DNA from: Vicugna vicugna
Lineage: Eukaryota
NCBI GenBank assembly: GCA_013265495.1
Contig: MU058844.1
Span: forward strand, 1,804,941-1,868,940
DNA length: 64,000 nt
Direction of reading: 5' to 3'
Under the pieces are notes generated by a model that saw only the letters and a list, made by a program, of their open reading frames with translations, was not told the origin of the DNA and made no database searches. Both the position numbers and the translations under genes were made by a program. This document shows, piece after piece, positions 11,935 through 24,085 of this stretch. Within the stretch, counting starts at the first letter, position 1. Every line of letters starts with the position of its first letter.

Positions 11935-12416
11935 TTTTTTAATGGGTTTTATTTTTAAAAGCAGTTTTAGGTTCACAGTAAAAATGAGTAGGAAGTACAG
12001 AGAAGTCTTGTATACTCCCCAACAAAGGCAGAGACTCCTCCACTATCAAAATCCCCTACGAGAGTGATACATCTGTGATAACTGATGAACTTACATGGAC
12101 ACATCCTTATCACCCAAAGTCCACAGTTTATATTAGTGTTCACTTTTGGTGTTGTACATTCAATGGATTTTGACAAATGTGTAAGGATTCATATCCACCA
12201 GTGTAGTATCATACAGAGTATTTTCACTGCTCTAAAAATCTTCTATACTCTGCCATTTCATCCTTCCCCACTCACCCTCTCAACTTCTAGCAACCACTGA
12301 TCTTTTTACTGTCTCCATAGTTTGGCCTTTTCCAGAATGTCACATTGTTGGAATCATATAGTATGTCATCTTTCCAGATTAGCTTCTTCCACTTAGTAAT
12401 ATGCTTTTTAAGTTTT
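11935..12416 (-). mobile_element. LINE-1 3' end, L1MC1-like, antisense
   Basis: 'gcagttttaggttcacagtaaaaatgagtaggaagtacagag...cacccaaagtccacagtttatattag...gcaaccactgatctttttactgtctccatagtt...ttccagaatgtca'. Confidence 0.85.
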
Positions 12417-12959
12417 AGCATTTTTTAAAGAAAAAGAAACCCCATGTTTCTCTTCTGCCATATTGACCACTTCATTTTCTTAAAGCTTCTGATTCTTCAA
12501 AGCTTATGAACAAAGTTTAGCCGGTCAGAAAATGCCAAGCACAAAGTAGATCAGATTTTGAAATCAATTTCTCAAGTGGAAAAAAAAAACATAAAGGAAA
12601 TATTAAAAACAAAAGACAGAGAAAATTCACAACCACCACCACCAAAAGACAAGGAGGCAAGAGAATGACGGACCTGGAATGCTTAAGCTTCAGAAAAGTA
12701 GATGATGACAGAGAGGCTCTAGTGGTGAGTGAGGATGGGTGTGGTGAAGAATCCCTTAGCAAAAACAAAACAAACAAACAAACAAACACCTAAAAAAACT
12801 ACCTTTTAAGTTCTGGACCCTCCAAGGCACCCAGATGAGCCTGTCCAGGGGTTGAGGAAGCAGTGAGTAATCTTCTGTGCCCCCACCCCAAGCTGCCTGG
12901 AGAGTTGATAACATTCTGTTTACTGGTAGGCCATGAGTCAGTGCTAGGTCTGAAGTTTT

Positions 12960-13195
12960 CTCCAATCCCCTGATTAAAATTAATCACCTTCTTGGTGCTC
13001 CTACAGCTCCTTGTTTATGACTCTTTGGGCAGATTAATCATTTCAGGTTTTGCATTACTGTTATTTATGTTCTAGTCTTCCTTCTTCACTAGACTGCAAA
13101 TTCCTCTAGTATAGGAATCTTGTTTTTCTTCAACTTTACATTATGTAAAGTACCTTACAAACAGCAAACGTTCAGTAAACACTGGTTAAATAAAA
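12960..13195 (+). mobile_element. LINE-2 3' fragment
   Basis: 'cactagactgcaaattcctctagtataggaatcttgtttttcttc...ttcagtaaacactggttaaataaa'. Confidence 0.6.
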
Positions 13196-15559
13196 CTGAG
13201 TTTGAGTCTATAACTGTATGATATGATTATTTTCCCTCCTCTAACAAAAGGGTATTTATGGATGACAAAGCCTGATTTTGCCAATTTTACTACTGTCCAA
13301 CAGAAAGAATGGCTATAATATATATAAACATGGTGGGTAAATATTTTGAGATATTATCTTTTTCTCTTCCTTTAACTCTCCACAAGTCTTTCTGGGTTTT
13401 GGTTTACAAAATGTCTAATGCAAGAAGGAATCTGAAGGGGTAGATGGATTATCTTGAAACAAACTAGCCCACGAAAAATAACTCCCACCAAATATCCTTA
13501 TTAAAAGACCTCTCAGTTAGGATGGAGAAGAAATGGCAAGCTAAACAGAGAGGTGACCCGTAAGTAGAGGAAAACTGTACACTGTAGTGCTGCTGGGAAG
13601 GCCACAAGACCCTAAGAAAGAAGTAGCTGTGGGGCATACGAGGCAGATGGACCCATATGCAGTCTGGAAAAAAAAAAAAATTCCATGCCAGAATCATGGC
13701 TCAGAAAGCAGTGAATCCCTGGATCTGAAGGGAATCAGGCAGATGGGAACGTTCCAGTGAAGATCCATGTGGACAAATAACTGAAGAGCAGATTGCTTCC
13801 CCCTCCCGCACCCTCCTTTTCCACTCTTCCTTCCACCTTGCCTGTGTGATAGCCTAAAGTAGTAGTATGACCACCAGAAGGAAATCCTAAAAGTTTGAGA
13901 GGTTATTCTCATTAGTGGTGTAATGGGGTTTCTGTGTAGGAAATTAAGTTGAGTTATAGAAAAGAAGTCACATTTTGTTATTTAGACAATTAGCATTTAC
14001 AGACTGAGATTCATGCTTCTTTCAAAAATTTAGGGACAGAAATAAACTTCCACTCTTGAATCTCAATACTTTTAAACAGAAGGAATTTAGAAATAGTTTA
14101 GTCAACAGTTTACTTTGAGATGAAAAGAGAGAAATAATTCAACACCATTTACTAATTTTCTCACTTCTCAACCTGAAACTCTAAAATCAATAGAATTTAG
14201 ATATAAATTACTTACTTTATTAATCTCAAAATGTGTCCCCATTTGGAGTTAGGTGAAACTTTATAAGATAAATAAAAATAAATTCTGGATACTACTATCT
14301 ACATGTTCATGTTTACTCATGAGAATAGTTCGTAGGAAACAGTTTTAAATTCAACGAAGGGGTTGAGGCTGTTTATCATAAAAGACTCAAGTTCAGAGAG
14401 GCAGTCATGACATTGCTTGGTCAGGCAGCAGCTGTGTCACTCTCATCACAACGAGTCAAGGTAAGAATATTCCGGGTTGATTTTTTTGGTACCATCTCTT
14501 GAAGACCCAAGAGAATCCTATAATGAATATGGTAATTAACAAATTCTCTCTATTCACTTCAAGCACCCTAACTCATGCTATTCTCACATTTATTTATTGG
14601 TAGAGGAACCTCCTCCTGTCTCCTATTTCGCTACTTCATAGACAAAGTGTGACCGACAGTCACAGTGCCCACATACACACAAAAATACTCTTTTGTCTCT
14701 GAGATACCTCCTCCTGTGCTCTTTCTGATCTTAACTTCCATCTAAATGCTTTATCATGGCAAATGACACCATTTCTTACCACTTTTCCTGCTTTATTTCC
14801 AAACTCATCCCTTTTTACTATGTGTAGCAACTGTGTTGACTAAAGTCCATTCCTTAATCATGCCACCTGACTCCACCTTTTCATGTGCATCTTGCTATGT
14901 CTACAAATTCCTATGTCTATTCCTCAGCAGTCCTGCAACTCAGAGGGGCTAAATGAAAGGCTATCTCCTGTATGTATCCCTTAAAAGAGTTAAAAATGAG
15001 ATAATATAAAAAGTCAGCAGAAAAAAATTGGTTGGAAACTTGCCAAACTCTAACAAAAATCTTAAAGTTTTATGAAGTTAGGAATATTATAAGGACATTT
15101 TAAAGCAGCCAAATTAAACTTAGAATTAGGAACAATAAACCATAAAATCAGTATCTCAGAAATACGTGATCTATGGGAAAAACAAAACTTAAAAGGCAAA
15201 ACAGTTTTGAGTCTAGAAATAAAAGATGAAAACTATAAGAGAGAATTTGTTAGCTATGAAGTTCGGAGAATGGAGAACACAGACACAACACACAGATATG
15301 TAACATTCACTTCCAGATCAGCTGAACTGGACGTACAAAATCAGAGCTTGCATTATCCCAGCATAATTTAAGTTATCAAGGATAAAAATTTTGAAATCCT
15401 CTGAGCATTCTGCAAAAGAATTTGTTAGCAAATATCTACTTCACAGCAAAGGAATTTAAACTTATGAACAGTTGTGAATAGTTAAAATGGGAATCTAAAC
15501 ATGAATATTTTTTGTCTTTATATTTGTAGGAATCATTTTTATATAGGTTTCTGTAAGTG

Positions 15560-15982
15560 AAATATGTGCTAAGCACTATTCCAAAAACTTTTTATGTATT
15601 ATCTCATTAATTTCTCAAAAATCCCCCATTTATGGATGAGAAAACTAAGAGTAGGAAGGCTAAGTAATGTGTCAAAGATTATAGTTAGTAAGTGGTAAAG
15701 TGAGAATTCAAAAATACCAGGTAGTTTTCATATTCTTTTTCACCATAAGTCAGTACAAGATATTGAATATAGTTCCCTGTGCTATACAGTATAAACTTGT
15801 TGTTTACCTATTTTATATGTATTAGTATCTGCAAATCTTGTATTCCCAATTTATCCCTTCTCATCCCCTTCCCCCTTCCCCAGTAGCCATAAATTTGTAT
15901 ACTGACTATACTTCAATTAAAAAAAGATACACACACACACACGCACAAAAGACCAGGTAGTAAGACTCTAAAGTCTGTTTTA
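15560..15982 (-). mobile_element. MIR SINE, antisense, split by an L1 insertion
   Basis: 'cccatttatggatgagaaaactaagagtaggaaggctaagtaatgtgtcaaagattatagttagtaagtgg' left of the insertion; 'ccaggtag...gactctaaagtc' right of it. Confidence 0.75.
15726..15946. mobile_element. Young LINE-1 3' fragment with 5' inversion and 15-bp TSD
   Basis: 15726 to about 15895 is antisense L1 ('gatattgaatatagttccctgtgctatacag'); about 15895-15925 is the sense L1 terminus ('ctgactatacttcaattaaaaaaa'); flanks AAAATACCAGGTAGT (15711-15725) and AAAAGACCAGGTAGT (15947-15961). Confidence 0.85.
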
Positions 15983-16039
15983 TGAAAGTTAGAATAAAAT
16001 CAACATCTTTATTTTAGCCCTATTTGACAAATAGTCACA

Positions 16040-16265
16040 ATACTTAACACAGGGGCTTTCGTGGCACTTTCACATATTTTACCTCATTTAATACTCAGAC
16101 CATTCTTTTCTGGAGGAGCTATTGCTATCACTATTTTTATAAATAAATGAATTGAGGCCCAGAGAAGTTTAAGTGACTTTTCTAAGTTTTAGTGTCTCGT
16201 GGAGGGAGAGGAATCAAGCCTAGGTCTTCTGATATCCTAAATAATGCCCTGTCCTTTATGCCACC
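16040..16265 (-). mobile_element. MIR SINE
   Basis: 'cctcatttaatactca...attgaggcccagagaagtttaagtgacttt...caagcctaggtcttctga'. Confidence 0.75.
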
Positions 16266-16670
16266 AGTGTCTTTTGTCATAATTCGCCCAGAGCTTCCCT
16301 AGCAGCCTAAATCAGATCAGCAGACCATGTGAGAGAAATTATTTAAACTGATGCCAGGAAGGTATTGGGTTGACAATGATCTGATTGGTGCAACTGTCCT
16401 GCCACACTTTCAGCTTATTATATAGCCACACACCAGTTTTAGAAATTAAATCTTGGGACCCTGATCAGGAAATTCAACCTTGGGAACTCTAAGAGTAGTC
16501 TTTTCCATAAACTCCTTTCATTTGAACCATGTTTTCACCATGATCCAGTTTGACATCAAAGTATGAGTCATCTAGAACTATGTCCACTGTGCCCAACAGC
16601 ACAGGGAGAAACACTGTTTTTCAATGTGACGCCTCTAGTCAAGGAAGTTGTTATTAAGCCTCAAAGGTGT

Positions 16671-16797
16671 AGAGAGAAGGAGGGAGGGATGGAGAGAGCG
16701 ACAAAGGGAGAAAGGAAGGAAGGAAGGAAAGAAAAAAGGAAGGAAGGAAGGAAGGACAAAGAGAAGGGAAGGGAAGAGAAGGAAAGGAAAGGGAAGG
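16671..16797. repeat. Purine-rich (GGAA)n-type low-complexity tract
   Basis: Read directly; explains the K/R/E/G-rich ORFs 16563..16934 and 16648..16911. Confidence 0.9.
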
Positions 16798-18152
16798 GTC
16801 ACACCAATTTTCTACTCTGGTGTGACCACTGGGGAACTGGAGATTTTAAAACATTTCTCCATGCCCTTTCTCTGGAAGGAAAAGTATACATACAAGGGAG
16901 ATTTTACATAAAAGCAGCTGACTATTCCCTTTAGTCCATTCCCGTAGGAACTTTTCTCTTATTCCAAAAAAGCTCTCACATTTTTTAGCTCAACATTTTT
17001 TCCAGTTCTATTCGAGAATTTGAAATGTTAGGCTTGTTTTTCAATAAATTGTTTTAGATGCTTATACCCACTCTGAGGTCTGTGTTGGTCAGCCAACATT
17101 TGCACACCTTCGGTCTACTGAAGCTCTCTGTGCACTTCATTCCTTGGTTTGTGTTGGCAGCTGCACATACAGAGTTGCATGTTATTAATTCCACAGCTTA
17201 TTTTGAAACTTGCTCCTGAGACCATCTCTTCAACTGCTCCTAGGTCTGAGACACAAAGCTTTTAGTCTCTAATATTTCTCTATCAAAATGGTTTATATTA
17301 TTATATTTCCACTTTCCTTCCAGAACAATATTATCTATTTGAATTTTTATTAGACTTGCACTGTCAAAGGAAATCTGGGCAAGAGTAATTAAATGAAGCA
17401 AACGAAACATTTATTGACGGCAGTATGTTATCGAGTGAAGGGGAGCATTTTAGAACTAAAGTTTTTTGTTTTTTTTTTCCCACAAGTAACACATTACCAT
17501 CTGTTCTTATTTCACACAAATCAGTACTGAGGGAGCAACATGAAAGAGGAAACTGGGTCAACATTTACATTTCAAGTCAGGTTAGATTTTGCTTTGTCAT
17601 TTTCTTTGGCCTGGGAATCTAAAGGTTAAAAGATTATTGCAGGCATGGGGTAAGCCAGACAAGAAATGGATCCTTCTGGGTAGTCCCATGAAACTCTGAG
17701 ACCAAAACAGAGACCAAAAAAAAAAAAATACAAGGAAAAAGTTAATGTCTTTCGCGATCTAAGTCTGCCCTTAAATTTATGAGACCAAAAGGATAAGAAA
17801 CTGACTTGAACTTGTCATTGCTGACTCTCTGTGTTCAGCCCTTATTTTCTAACTATACTTGGTCCAAATATGTGCCTCTTCATTAAGCAGTGGCCTGCAA
17901 GGTTATCTAGCTGACTGGTGGCCTAGAAATACTGAGTTCTTAAAAAGAGAAATCTCAAAACACATTCGATGCCTGAAACACACTATCTCTACATTCCTTT
18001 ATTCTAAAAATGACTAAAATTTTGCAAAATCATAAAGACATTGAACTGTGGAGTTTGTGGTCAAGGAAGATACAAAAATAGGAAACTTCATCTATCATAC
18101 AAGAATATCTTTGAAGATACTGAGGCAGGACAAGTTCTTTCTGCTGACTCAG

Positions 18153-18153
<1 letters not shown>

Positions 18154-18191
<38 letters not shown>
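18154..18191. repeat. (TG)19 microsatellite
   Basis: Perfect TG run read directly. Confidence 0.95.
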
Positions 18192-18194
<3 letters not shown>

Positions 18195-18669
18195 ACCGAT
18201 GCACACACAAGCATGCCTATGTATGTGTGTTTTGGGAATGGCACTAAGCTAGAATCTCTTTCCTTATTGTTCGTTTATTGTTGGGCCTATTGGATGCCTA
18301 AGCATTATAAAAAAAAACTCCTTCATTCTGTAAATTTTGTTTTTACATGTTAAAAATGATTTGGTATTGACAACCTACTTTTTGTTTTGTTTTGTTTTTC
18401 GAAACCTCTTCTTCATGGCCCAAACCTATTTAAATGTTTTGCCTAACACTTGCCTGAGTATATTTGGGGTGGATGTGAGTAAATAGGTAATATATAATTC
18501 ATTTATGCCATTCACATCCCTGTTAAAATTCTTGAATGTCTTCTCATTGTCTTTGGATTAAATACCAGTACTTTATCTTCATGTAAAAGATCCACATGGT
18601 TAGTCTCTTAAGACTTTCCCCATTTTAGGGTTCTCTTCCACATTTATTATTTACAAGAATGTATTCTTC

Positions 18670-19082
18670 AGTTAAGTGTTATGTTCTAAAAATATCTATT
18701 AGGTCAGGTTTTAAATTTTTAAAATATTTTTGCTGATATTTTGGTTCATCTTTTCTAAAAATTACTTATAAAGCGTTATTAAAATCTCCAGCTATGGCTA
18801 TGGATTTTTCTATTCTGTTACTTCTGTCAATTTTTGCTCCATGTATTTGAAACTCTTTTATTAGGTACATACACATTTAGGGTTTTTGTAACTTCTTGTC
18901 TAATTTACCCTTTTATCATTAGGAAATATCCTTTTTACCTCTGATAATATTTCTTGTCTTATTTTTTGTCTAATATTAATTTAGCTGCACTATCTTTCTT
19001 TTACTTATTGTTGCATCATTTTAATTTCAGCTTGTCTATATGTTATATTTAAAGTGTGTTTCTGGTACACAGCATATAATGG
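18670..19082 (-). mobile_element. Ancient LINE-1 ORF2 (endonuclease-region) fragment, antisense
   Basis: 'attaaaatctccagctatggctatggatttttctatt...ttctgtcaatttttgctccatgtatttgaaactcttttattaggtacatacacatttagg'. Confidence 0.8.
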
Positions 19083-19084
19083 TG

Positions 19085-19985
19085 AAGGAGTAGCTGCCAC
19101 CATGGGATTGGCACATAATCTATATATGGCTTTGCCTTGCTTGCCTACAACATATCAGACAGCACAGCTATCCAAGGGCTCAGAGTTTCTTATCCACTGA
19201 CATCGGATTCTTTATAACATTGTTTCAAATCAAGGTAGGCAGCTTATAGCCAAAGAAGTGTGGGCATATAAACATAGGATTCATTCATCCTACCACATAG
19301 TGCACTACCCAGAAGCAGAAGCTGCTGGCCTGATGGGAGTGATGAAATGAGCCCCTAAAGGAGCTGCTGAAGCTTCATTTTGGAGATGATGTAGTGCAGA
19401 GATGGGGCTCTATCCTTGATACAGCAGTATACGTCTTACCCAACAGTATTTTTCTATGTCATCAATAGGTAAAATATTCTGGGCTTGGGGTAAGGGAGTG
19501 CCATCACTCACTTTCTCTTCTTCTGTTACTTTAAGCTCTGTAAGTCTAGAATATTTGGCTCCCAGAGGAAATAGGGTCACACAGAAAGAGTCACAGTAAA
19601 TAAACATTTCTGACTATTACTATTGTTATTACTATTATTATTATTTATTATTTTTGACTATTATTATTACTTCGGGATCTTTGTGCCAGCAGACCAGGAA
19701 GCAAAGAAAGGAGCTGTCATATTAGCATGGGTAATTGACCATGATCATCACGGAGAAATGGAAGTGTTCTTCATAAAATGAGGGCAAAGATAAGTATCTG
19801 CAGCACTTAGGTTATCCCCTGGTGGGCTCATGGTATTCTTTGGCCCAGAAATAATTCAAAATGTACAAGGACATCAACCATGGTGTTTTGAGGTACAGTA
19901 AACAGGAGGTCAGGATTCTCAGGGATAAGGATCTAACTTATTGTAAAAAGCAGTGAATCTGAGTGGTAGAAATAGTGAACTAGAA
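19085..19985 (+). mobile_element. ERVL-class internal remnant (integrase to 3' end; ERV3-16A3-like)
   Basis: Degenerate translations NQGRQLIAKEV (about 19228) and HSSYHIVHYPEAEAAGLM (about 19282) resemble ERVL integrase DQGTHFTAKEV and HWSYHxPHHPEAAGLI; abuts an LTR16-type LTR. Confidence 0.75.
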
Positions 19986-19989
19986 TTGA

Positions 19990-20424
19990 TGCTGTTGGTG
20001 CCCCATCCTAACCCTCCCTTAAAAGCCAGTGCACTGTTCCCTACAGTTGGGTTCACTGATGGCAGCTCACAGCCATCCCCTTTGCTAGAGATTTGCCTTC
20101 AGATGAATGAAGATACCCTGCCCAGGAGGCATGGCTGCCCATGCCTACATCCTTGGAGTCAGAGCTTGGCCTATAACTAACTGTCATGGAATACAAAAAA
20201 TTGGCCCCTTTCCTTCATAGGGGGAATAATTCTGTAGTGCAATCTTTTCCCAAAGCTTGTGATCAGACTGAAACTAGTCTGCATCTGAGACTGTATCCTT
20301 GCTTTCTTTTTCCCCTGCTCTATCCTGCTTCTATCACCTTTCTTCTGAAAGAAGTCCTCAATAAATTACCTGAATAAAAATCCATATATTAAGCTCCTGA
20401 TTCTAGGGAACCTGAACTAAGACG
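19990..20424 (+). mobile_element. LTR16-type (LTR16C-like) ERVL 3' LTR
   Basis: 'ggcagctcacagc...gatcagactgaaactagtct...ccctgctctatcctgcttc...ctcaataaa...ttctagggaacctgaactaagac'. Confidence 0.8.
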
Positions 20425-21804
20425 TTCATCATCAGATTATTTATTAAATAATATGCGTATGTTTATATTCAACACACATGTATGTTAAACAAGATATGTT
20501 TCTATGCATTGTATTCTCCACTTACCAATCCTGGCAAGCCAGCTATGTTCTTCCTTGTCTTTATAGTCTTTTCATAACCCTTGCATTATACTATGAACAT
20601 AGTAGGCATTCAATAAGCACTTTTGGATGTAAAGACAGAAACAAGCTAACCATGTGATGATCTCTTCTCAGCAAAGCACCCAATTTATAGCAGTTCTCAG
20701 CTGTATTCTGCATAAAAAATGTTTAATGTATTTTATAGTGAAAAGTTGGCTAATAAAAGCCAAGCTCAAAGATATAACACTAAAACCTCATGGTTTCAAT
20801 TTCTCATTGAACAGCATCATTTTTATTGTTGTTTCCAAAATGAGATCATCTTTCTGCTTTCACATTAACCAGATTTGTTCAAAGATCTGACGTTAATGTC
20901 ATCAGTCTGGGCTATTGCATGAGTTCTGCTGAGTTTTAAAATACAGCCATTAGCATGCCATGGAGGAACATTTGATCTCATCATGCTATAAATCACTTGT
21001 TTTTCTGAGAAGATTGGAAATATGACAGGCAGCTGTGCTTTATCAATGTTTTCATTTATACATTATATCTTTCCCACTTCAAAGTTTGCAGAAAAGAAAT
21101 GAGATAATGTGATTAGGTAGCCAAGCATATTCGATGTTCTGAAAACTAGGTCATTGTTGAGATTAACTGATGGATTAAAAGGATTTAGAAAGGTGGTAAA
21201 TTTTTGATTTGCATATTTCTGAAAAGAGTCTTGACTCTTGTCAACTCCCCCTCCCAGCTTTTACAGAGCAGCAAGCCAAAGTACTACATACAGCAGTTTA
21301 GTAGTTGCAAATTACTCTTGCCTGGTTTTTTGTTTGTTTTTTTTTTTTTGACCTTGAGCAAATTATCAGTATTTCCACACTAGATTTATTTTCCATAATC
21401 CATCAACTACATTGCTTTGGGGGCACTAGAAATGAGACAGGAGAGTGCTAATGTGACAGATGAGGACTGAACTAATTAAATAATGCTCAGCATAAGGCTA
21501 CTATACATCTCTTTGACCAAGCATCCTTGGAAAATGCCTTAAATGCCAATTAAATAAAGACTGCTTAGTGGTGATCATTGTTCAATGCCATTTTTCCTTT
21601 TGGCATTTTTGGCCTTAACAATGGCCAAAAAGATAAATTAATAGTCTTCTACTATATGGGTGAAAATAATTTACTTTATTTGGTTCTTTAGTTCACCAAC
21701 TAGCACTTTATTGCATGAAGAGTGTATAGTATACACGTGTAAAGATTTGAGAAATGGTTCATTTTAAGAATCTGTAATGTGCAAAACAGTTGAAATAAAT
21801 ATTC

Positions 21805-22580
21805 TACTCACTTATTCACTCACTCATTCATTCATTTATTTAATAAACCAGCCGATGCTTAGTGAGGAGAGAGGTACATAAATAAATGGTTATAATAAAA
21901 TGAGTACATGTAATAAAAGATGTAACTTTATGATGTAGACACGGGAGCATAAAGAAAGGACACACAACCCAAAGGCTGCTATCAGGAAAGTCTCCCTGGT
22001 AGAGGTGATGCCAGCAGCTATGTCTTGGTGAATGAAATAGAGTCAGCCAGGCAAAGGGTAAAATGAATAGTCTGGATGGGTTGAGATATGATGAGACAGA
22101 TAAAGAAAATCATTTTCAAGAAGAGAGAAAAACATAAGTGAAATTGTTGGGACAGCCTAAATGAAGATTTTTAGAAGGAAATTAAGAATAAAATATTATT
22201 TTTTTTAATGACACAAAATACACATGCATGCTGCTGAATTAAAACAGCTTCTTTCTAAACTTTCTGATGGCAAAATTCTGGATATATTTATCTAAATTAA
22301 TCTTCTATCATTTGGAGGATGTGGAATGGGATGGGTGTAGGTTCAACTTTTTTTTTTTCTGGGACCCTATTTTCTAGGGCAATAACACAGCAATGCACCA
22401 AACCAGGGTAGAAGGTAGCTAACATGAAGTGGCTGTGAAGTGAGTTCAAGGGTTTGGCAGGTCCACACCATGAATCCACTCTGACTGATATGCCAAGGAT
22501 TTTGACCTTTATGGATGACAGTAGAAAGTCAATGAAAATTTACTAATTGTAAGCAGAAATGAGACATGATACATTGATGG
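21805..22580 (-). mobile_element. LINE-2 fragments, antisense
   Basis: 'tcattcattcatttatttaataaac' tail; 'tcaggaaagtctccctggtagaggtgatg'; 'ggattttgacctttat...aagcagaaatgagacatgat'. Confidence 0.6.
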
Positions 22581-23409
22581 TATAAAGTCTTGATGTAGTA
22601 TTAATTTACTGGTTTTTGAGTTCTGAGTAGTATTCTGAGATATTAGGTGAGGACAGAATAAATTTAAGACATTATTTCCATAATCTTGTGCCTTAACACG
22701 AGCAAAGGTTCCTATGTTTATTATTTTGAAACTAATGCTTTTCTTCCTCTAATGAAGTAGGTTTTCATCAATACAAAGGATGTCAAAAAGCCAATTTCCT
22801 ATTGATGGTCAATAAAAATGAATAAATCAGTAAACATTTATACTGAGTCTACAATGTGCCTGGAACTGTGCTTTCTTCTGGGTAAATGTCAGTGACAATA
22901 CCATGAAACATGTTAAAAAGAACTTAACGCAAATATTTTATAAGATAAAACTAAAGCCTGATCCCAGGTGGTTTGATTATTTCACCAAATAATTGCTCAA
23001 TCTTACATTAAAAGATAAATTCACAATGTTCTTGTAATTCTATCCAAACAGTTGTAGCTTACATAATATTCAAAATATTATTTGTACTTATAATTGTAAA
23101 ATTTAAAACACCTACAGCAACCTGAAAACAGACAGACTATACATATGGCTTATTTAAATCTTCTAAAGGACTATCAATCAATAGCAACCACTTCACTTGA
23201 AAAAAGAAAAATCACACAACTGACCTGACAATTTATTTTTCATATAAATTGTGGCTGAAGAGGGAGAGTAAAACATCTCAGGGATATTACTAATGTTGAA
23301 ACATTGGTACTTAATAACAAAGCCAGATGAAATCAACCACATGGTCCCATTAAACTTTACCATTTACAATCAGAAACTACATGTAGAAACTATATACATA
23401 ATTAGTGTA

Positions 23410-24085
23410 TATATATTTTTTATATTATAAAAGGCATACCTTCTGGTTGTAAAAAAATCAAACAGCATAAGAGCATATAAATTGAAAAGTAAAATTCTTC
23501 ATTTTTCTTACTTTCCTTTCCAAATCCCACATCAGAGATGACCACTGTTTCCTGCTTAGTGATTCTTGCTGTTTTTATTATCTACATTTGCAAATAAATG
23601 CAGTTGCAATATGTTAAGTAAATAAAATCAGGCTGTACATTCTTTTCTGTGATTTCCTTTGATTCACTCAACATGCACTTGAAAAAATTTTCATGTCAGT
23701 ACCAATAGGCATACCTCTTCCCTTATTATGACTGGAAAATATTTAAGTCTTTCTTCATGACTGCAAGGCAATACTCATACAGATACAGGACAACTTTTTA
23801 ATTATTTGCTCTTTTGATAAATTTTTATCTAACAGCATTTTACAAACAGTGTTATAATGATCTTCCTTATATATATCACAAGTGCAAATAGTTCAATAGG
23901 ACAAAATTGTTGTAATAAAACCTATACATCCTTTTAATGTTTTAAATGTTGTTAATGAAAAAAGTATTTCTACCAACAATGTGATGTGTCACCATTAATT
24001 TCCCTACATCACTACCAAGATTAAGTTTTACAAATCTTAAAAGTTTTATCCAATCTTATGAATTAAATACAGTATTTTTGAAAGA
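23410..24085 (-). mobile_element. Ancient L1ME-type 3' region, antisense
   Basis: 'cagagatgaccactgttt...tgtacattcttttctgtgatttcctttgattcactcaaca...ttctaccaacaatgtgatgtgtcaccatt...ccctacatcactaccaa'. Confidence 0.55.

Noticed and set aside
16563..16934. 123-aa K/R/E/G-rich ORF
   Set aside because: Translation of a stop-free GGAA purine tract.
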